From: a virus
Length of the DNA: 64,000 nt
Strand: one strand, 5' to 3'
IMG/VR virus record: IMGVR_UViG_3300043446_000899
Coordinates: 9,159 to 73,158 of that record
Shown: piece by piece, positions 59,686 to 64,000 of the stretch
Layout: every line of letters begins with the position of its first letter
How positions within the stretch are numbered: the first letter of the stretch is position 1
Position numbers and translations under genes: made by a program
Notes under the pieces: model-generated
What the model was told of the DNA's origin: nothing
Database searches by the model: none
Seen by the model: only the letters and a program-made list of their open reading frames with translations

Positions 59686-60690
59686 ATGATTAAAGGAGTA
59701 AAAAAGACAAAATTGTCTATAGAAGCAGTGTTGAGCAAGATATCTGAGTATGATATATTTAGATTCTATATGCCAGATCATGATTGGAAACTTAATAGGG
59801 TTACATATTCTCCTTTTAGGAAAGAGAATAATCCATCGTTTGTTATTGGTAATAAACTTGGTTACATATCATTCATAGACTTTGCTGATACAAGCTTGAG
59901 AGGTGACTGTTTTAACTTTGTACAAAAGCTGTATAATTTACCAAACATGATAGATGTACTAAAACTCATAGATAAAGACTTTGGGTTGGGCATCAGTACA
60001 GGTAAATCAACAGAAGAGTATAAGAAGATAGTATCTGAATACAAGCAGCCTGAGATAGAGAAGAGATATTCTATCATCCAGGTGAGTACCAGGAAGTTTA
60101 CTAATAAGGAGCTTGAGTATTGGAATCAGTATCATATAGATATCCAAGACCTTAGAGATAATAATATATATGCAGTGAAAAACGTGTTCTTGAACAAGAG
60201 CAAGTTTGCCATCCCAGATAATGAATTTACATTTGGTTATCTGTATGAGGGACAGTATTGGAAGATTTATAGACCTTTTGGAGACAAGAAGCATAAATGG
60301 ATTCCTAATAATGTTCCTATTACATGCATGGATGGTAAAGAAGATATAGTTAACTGCAGTGTAGCATTTATCAACAAGAGTAAGAAGGACTATATGGTGA
60401 TGAAGAAAGTATTCCCATGTAGCTGTGCTGTACAGAATGAAGGTATAGGATGTTTCTCACATGAGAATGTAGAATATCTAAAAGCTAACTCTGACAGACA
60501 GATATTAAGTTTTGATAGTGATGTTACTGGTGTAACCAATTCTCAACAGATAACTAAGTTATTTGATTTTGGTTATGCTAACGTCCCACGTAAGTATTTA
60601 GCTGAAGGGATAAAAGATTGGGCAGATCTTGCAAAAGTCCATGGATTAGAAACAATTGAACAGTATTTAAAACAAAAACAGTTATTATAA
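59686..60690 (+). CDS. DnaG-like primase (zinc-binding-domain homologue lacking all four Zn ligands, plus TOPRIM-like DxD)
   Basis: YSPFRKENNPSFVIGNKLGYISFIDFADTSLRGDCFNFV aligns with DnaG [35 protein letters not shown]; the C, H, C and C positions are replaced. Later ILSFDSDVTGV resembles the TOPRIM LCFDGDRAG. Confidence 0.5.
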   Translation: MIKGVKKTKLSIEAVLSKISEYDIFRFYMPDHDWKLNRVTYSPFRKENNPSFVIGNKLGYISFIDFADTSLRGDCFNFVQKLYNLPNMIDVLKLIDKDFGLGISTGKSTEEYKKIVSEYKQPEIEKRYSIIQVSTRKFTNKELEYWNQYHIDIQDLRDNNIYAVKNVFLNKSKFAIPDNEFTFGYLYEGQYWKIYRPFGDKKHKWIPNNVPITCMDGKEDIVNCSVAFINKSKKDYMVMKKVFPCSCAVQNEGIGCFSHENVEYLKANSDRQILSFDSDVTGVTNSQQITKLFDFGYANVPRKYLAEGIKDWADLAKVHGLETIEQYLKQKQLL

Positions 60691-61487
60691 TGGAAATTTA
60701 TAACACAACAAAAGAGTTAATTCTCAACGCACCAGTTCCTGCACAGACAAGAACTTATAAGCCTGTTTCACATGGTCAATTAGTAGACCTTACATTAGAT
60801 GGTATTTTGAAAGCTGGTTTCATATTAGATAAAGAAACATATTCAGCAGCTGCAGATGGTCAAATTGCTAATGGTAGATTCTCTATCAGAAACGTAGCAG
60901 ATAGTGAGATGCAATTACAGATTGGTTGGCAGAATAGCTACAACAAGCAACTTACATTAAAGTTTGCTATTGGTACACGCATATTAGTATGTTCTAATGG
61001 TTGTGTGTCTGGTGATTATGGTGCATTCAAGAAGAAACACGTTGGTGAGATTCAATCATTCACACCACAGGCTATTGGAGATTACATCAAGACAGCTGCA
61101 GATTCATTCAAGTTAATGCAAACTCAAAGAGAAGCAATGAAGCAAGTGGAAATCACTAAGCGTACAAAAGCTGAGCTAATTGGTAGAATGATTATTGAAG
61201 AGCAGTTTATTCAGTCTACACAGCTGAATATCATCAGCAGAGAGTTAAAAGCTCCTACGCATGATTACGGTGCTCCAGATAGTTTATGGGAGTTGTACAA
61301 TTATACAACATTTGCTATGAAGGAAGTACATCCAGGATTATGGATGGAAAACCATATTAGTGCACATAAATTCTTTGTTGACGCTACAGGAACATTAATG
61401 ACTTCTACAGGAGCATCAGCAGAACAAATCATGTCTGTTAGTGTAGAAACTGAAGAAGAACATTTTAGACAATTATCAATATTTTAA
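60690..61487 (+). CDS. hypothetical protein (265 aa) with a VCSNG motif (resembles phage/plasmid DUF932-type proteins)
   Basis: WQNSYNKQLTLKFAIGTRILVCSNGCV. The family assignment is from memory only. Confidence 0.35.
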   Translation: MEIYNTTKELILNAPVPAQTRTYKPVSHGQLVDLTLDGILKAGFILDKETYSAAADGQIANGRFSIRNVADSEMQLQIGWQNSYNKQLTLKFAIGTRILVCSNGCVSGDYGAFKKKHVGEIQSFTPQAIGDYIKTAADSFKLMQTQREAMKQVEITKRTKAELIGRMIIEEQFIQSTQLNIISRELKAPTHDYGAPDSLWELYNYTTFAMKEVHPGLWMENHISAHKFFVDATGTLMTSTGASAEQIMSVSVETEEEHFRQLSIF

Positions 61488-61488
61488 T

Positions 61489-62205
61489 ATGAATTGGGAA
61501 AAATTTAAAGATCAGTTTCATGAGAGTTGGCACTTGAAGATGAAACCGTTTATTGAGAGCGAAGCTTGTGATAACATCTATAAATTTCTTAAGTCAGAGA
61601 GTCAGAGGGGCAAGAAAATTGCTCCTCTTTCTTCTAATGTCTATAGATGTTTTAAAGAGACCTCACTAGATGAGCTAAAAGTTGTTATAGTAGGTATGGC
61701 TCCATATCATACACTAAAACAGGGCTCTCCTGTAGCAGACGGATTACTAATGGGTTGTTCTACCACTGGTGTATTACAGCCATCATTAGAACAGTTTTAC
61801 AATGCTATTGAGAGAGAAGTGTATAATGGACTATGTCTTCATTGTGAGAAACCTGCAGATGTTAGCTATCTAGCTCATCAGGGTGTATTGATGTTTAATG
61901 CATCACTAACCACTGAGATAAACAAAGCAGGCTCTCATTTAGAGATATGGGAACCATTCACTAAATATGTACTAGAAGAGATAATATCTCCAACCATGGT
62001 GCCTATAGTATTCCTAGGTAAGGATGCAGCTAAATATGCTAGATATACAAGTCCTTTTGCATATTCATTTGTAACAACACATCCTGCGTCAGCTAGCTAT
62101 AAGAACACAGAATGGGAGTCTGGTGATGTATTCAGAATGGTTAACAAAGTAATTAAAGACAACAATAATTTTCAAATTGAATGGTTAGATGGTACACCAT
62201 TTTAA
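61489..62205 (+). CDS. uracil-DNA glycosylase family-1 homologue with catalytic Asp and intercalating Leu substituted (probable pseudo-enzyme or altered function)
   Basis: KVVIVGMAPYH vs Ung KVVILGQDPYH. QGVLMFNASLT vs QGVLLLNTVLT. HPASAS vs HPSPLS. Overall co-linear alignment with E. coli Ung. Confidence 0.65.
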   Translation: MNWEKFKDQFHESWHLKMKPFIESEACDNIYKFLKSESQRGKKIAPLSSNVYRCFKETSLDELKVVIVGMAPYHTLKQGSPVADGLLMGCSTTGVLQPSLEQFYNAIEREVYNGLCLHCEKPADVSYLAHQGVLMFNASLTTEINKAGSHLEIWEPFTKYVLEEIISPTMVPIVFLGKDAAKYARYTSPFAYSFVTTHPASASYKNTEWESGDVFRMVNKVIKDNNNFQIEWLDGTPF

Positions 62206-62217
62206 ACAAAAACAATT

Positions 62218-62577
62218 ATGTATACAGTTAAACACGGTGGAGATGTCCAAAAAGGAGATCTAATAGCAATTGCTAATGGTAATGATTTTAGTATTGGTAT
62301 TTATTATGGACAAGGTAGAGGCACAGTTCAATATTTTATGCCCCACGGAGTGATAAGCTCTAGAAATTGGTGGGAACAAGCACAAACAGATAGTGGATAT
62401 GACAGTTATAAAAAACCTTGGGCATTAAATAGAATATGGAAATGTTACATAAATTCTCCAAGAGACACCAGGATTATGAAATTAAACAGAGAAAACATTA
62501 CAGATCCAAAAGAAATAGAAACAATAGAAAAAGCAAAAGAAATATTACAAGAATTTAAAATTGAAGTAAACTTTTAA
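62218..62577 (+). CDS. hypothetical protein (119 aa)
   Basis: ORF. Confidence 0.45.
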   Translation: MYTVKHGGDVQKGDLIAIANGNDFSIGIYYGQGRGTVQYFMPHGVISSRNWWEQAQTDSGYDSYKKPWALNRIWKCYINSPRDTRIMKLNRENITDPKEIETIEKAKEILQEFKIEVNF

Positions 62578-62580
62578 TTA

Positions 62581-64000
62581 TGATCCTAGAAAAACAAACA
62601 GAAGCACACATCCTCCAAGAAGGAGAATCACAGGACACTGTGAAAATGTCACTAGACTTAGATTCTGCTCAAGTATTGATGCAGATGTTAAGTAAGAATC
62701 TCTATTCAGATTCAATAGGCTCTACTATCAGAGAATGTGCATCTAATGCACTAGATAGTCACAGAAGAGCTGGGAGTGACAAGCCTATCATTGTTTCATT
62801 TAAGAGAAACAACCAGGCAGATACATATGAATTTGCTGTTGAAGACTTTGGTATTGGTTTAGATGCAGATGATGTAGTTAACATTATCAGCAAGTACGGT
62901 AAATCAACCAAGCGTGACAGTAATACGGAGTTAGGTATGATGGGTTTAGGTTTCAAAGCCCCACTAGCTTACAGTTCTAGCTTTTATTTTGTAGCTAGAA
63001 AGAATGGTATGGAACGTAAGTACATGATGTATGAAGGTGAAGATACTAATAGTATTGACCTTTTATATGAGAAGCCAACTACAGAAGGTAATGGTGTAAA
63101 GGTGATTGTACCTGTAAACTATTATGATAGATACAACTTCACTCAGAAGATTAAAGAGCAATTAGCTTATTTTGAGAATGTTTACTTTGATGTAGATCAA
63201 TCTATTGGTCACTCTGTATCTAATGATTTTGTAATCTATAGAGCTGAACACTTTCAGTTCTCTAGTATGGCAACTAATAACAGCATGCACTTATGTTTGG
63301 ACAATGTTAGTTATCCAATTGACTGGGAGAAACTTGGTATTGATAGAATCAATATTAAGATAGCACTACGCTTTAGTCTCAGTGATGGATTGTTTCCTAC
63401 ACCAAATAGAGAGGCTATCAGATATACACAAGAAGCTAAGCAAGTTATCCTTAAGAAGATAGCTCAGGTAGCAGATGTATTCATGGAGAAGTTCAATGAG
63501 TCAATCTCTGATAACGCTAACATTGATGCTGTTATGAGTTTCTATGGAGAGAGATACAGATATCTACCAAGCTTTTATAGAAAAGATGAAGATAAAGTTC
63601 AGATTGATGAGCTTATCAAGCATGCTACAATTCCTATGAAGCAGCCTAAAATGGAAGGTATAGAGTTATTAGATCTACAAAGAATGGCTGAGAAGAATAA
63701 AGAATATATATTGTCTGAATATCAAATCAAATATAGATATCAGGGAAATAGATTCAACAATGCCAAAAACTATTGGACTACTAACTTGAGACTTCAGGAC
63801 TTGAATTCTTATAATTCTGGTAAAGTTTATGTGTTCTCTGATAGATTGACTAAAACTAAGCAGGATTACATGAGAAGTTTGCTTGGAGATAACAGTAAAT
63901 GTCACTTATTTGTAAAGAAAGATAAGCCTTTCACACTAATGAATGGTGAAGAAATTGATTACAATAAGTATTATCATTCTGTATTAGGTCTTAAGAACTA
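62581..64000 (+). CDS. HSP90/HtpG-like GHKL (Bergerat-fold) ATPase, N-terminal 473 aa; gene continues past window end
   Basis: Motif I LYSDSIGSTIRECASNALDS (HSP90: [22 protein letters not shown]). Motif II VEDFGIGLD. IISKYGKST (HSP90 IAKSGTKAF). Motif III GMMGLGFKAPLAYSS (GQFGVGFYSAFLVA). No stop before 64000. Confidence 0.6.

Noticed and set aside
42352-64000. CRISPR array, ordinary tRNA genes, integrase/recombinase, endolysin
   Set aside because: No spacer-repeat periodicity and no cloverleaf-like GTTCRANYC ends apart from the tmRNA. No tyrosine or serine recombinase motifs. No lysozyme, amidase or CHAP motifs recognised.

Overview
The window reads as a contiguous segment of a large, AT-rich (roughly one-third GC) lytic dsDNA bacteriophage genome. 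I found no host genes, rRNA, CRISPR array or integrase.

Two divergent gene arms leave a ~600-bp control region at about 42.35-42.96 kb.

Leftward arm (minus strand, 42.35 kb down to 1), in transcription order:
- six small proteins;
- large terminase (TerL), portal, an SPFH/band-7 protein, an acidic scaffold, the major capsid protein (MCP) and five unidentified proteins;
- a tail-fibre/spike cassette: a tail-collar fibre, a collagen-like fibre with a C-terminal S74-type intramolecular-chaperone motif, a Cys-rich protein, and a BNR/Asp-box beta-propeller protein that shares its N-terminal adaptor domain with two other fibre proteins in the arm;
- a metallophosphoesterase, three further unidentified proteins, then a series of giant virion proteins (1497, 899, 1092, 856 and >1645 aa); the last runs off the window start and carries an HExxH motif.

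Rightward arm (plus strand, 42.96-64 kb):
- many small early-type genes, including membrane/lipoprotein ORFs, a ParB-like protein, a GIY-YIG+HTH protein and a tandem array of small paralogues with identical start junctions;
- a complete tmRNA-like (ssrA-like) gene;
- a replication module: family-B DNA polymerase, thioredoxin, DnaB-like helicase, SF2 helicase, P-loop ATPase, a DnaG-like primase whose zinc-finger ligands are all replaced, a family-1 uracil-DNA-glycosylase homologue lacking the catalytic Asp, and a truncated HSP90/HtpG-like GHKL ATPase.

Three things point to a Bacteroidota host: the absence of Shine-Dalgarno sequences, a TTTG-N19-TAnnTTTG promoter, and poly-Thr linkers in the fibre proteins.

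All functional calls come from motifs I read by eye. No searches were run. Coordinates I derived myself may be off by 1-2 nt.
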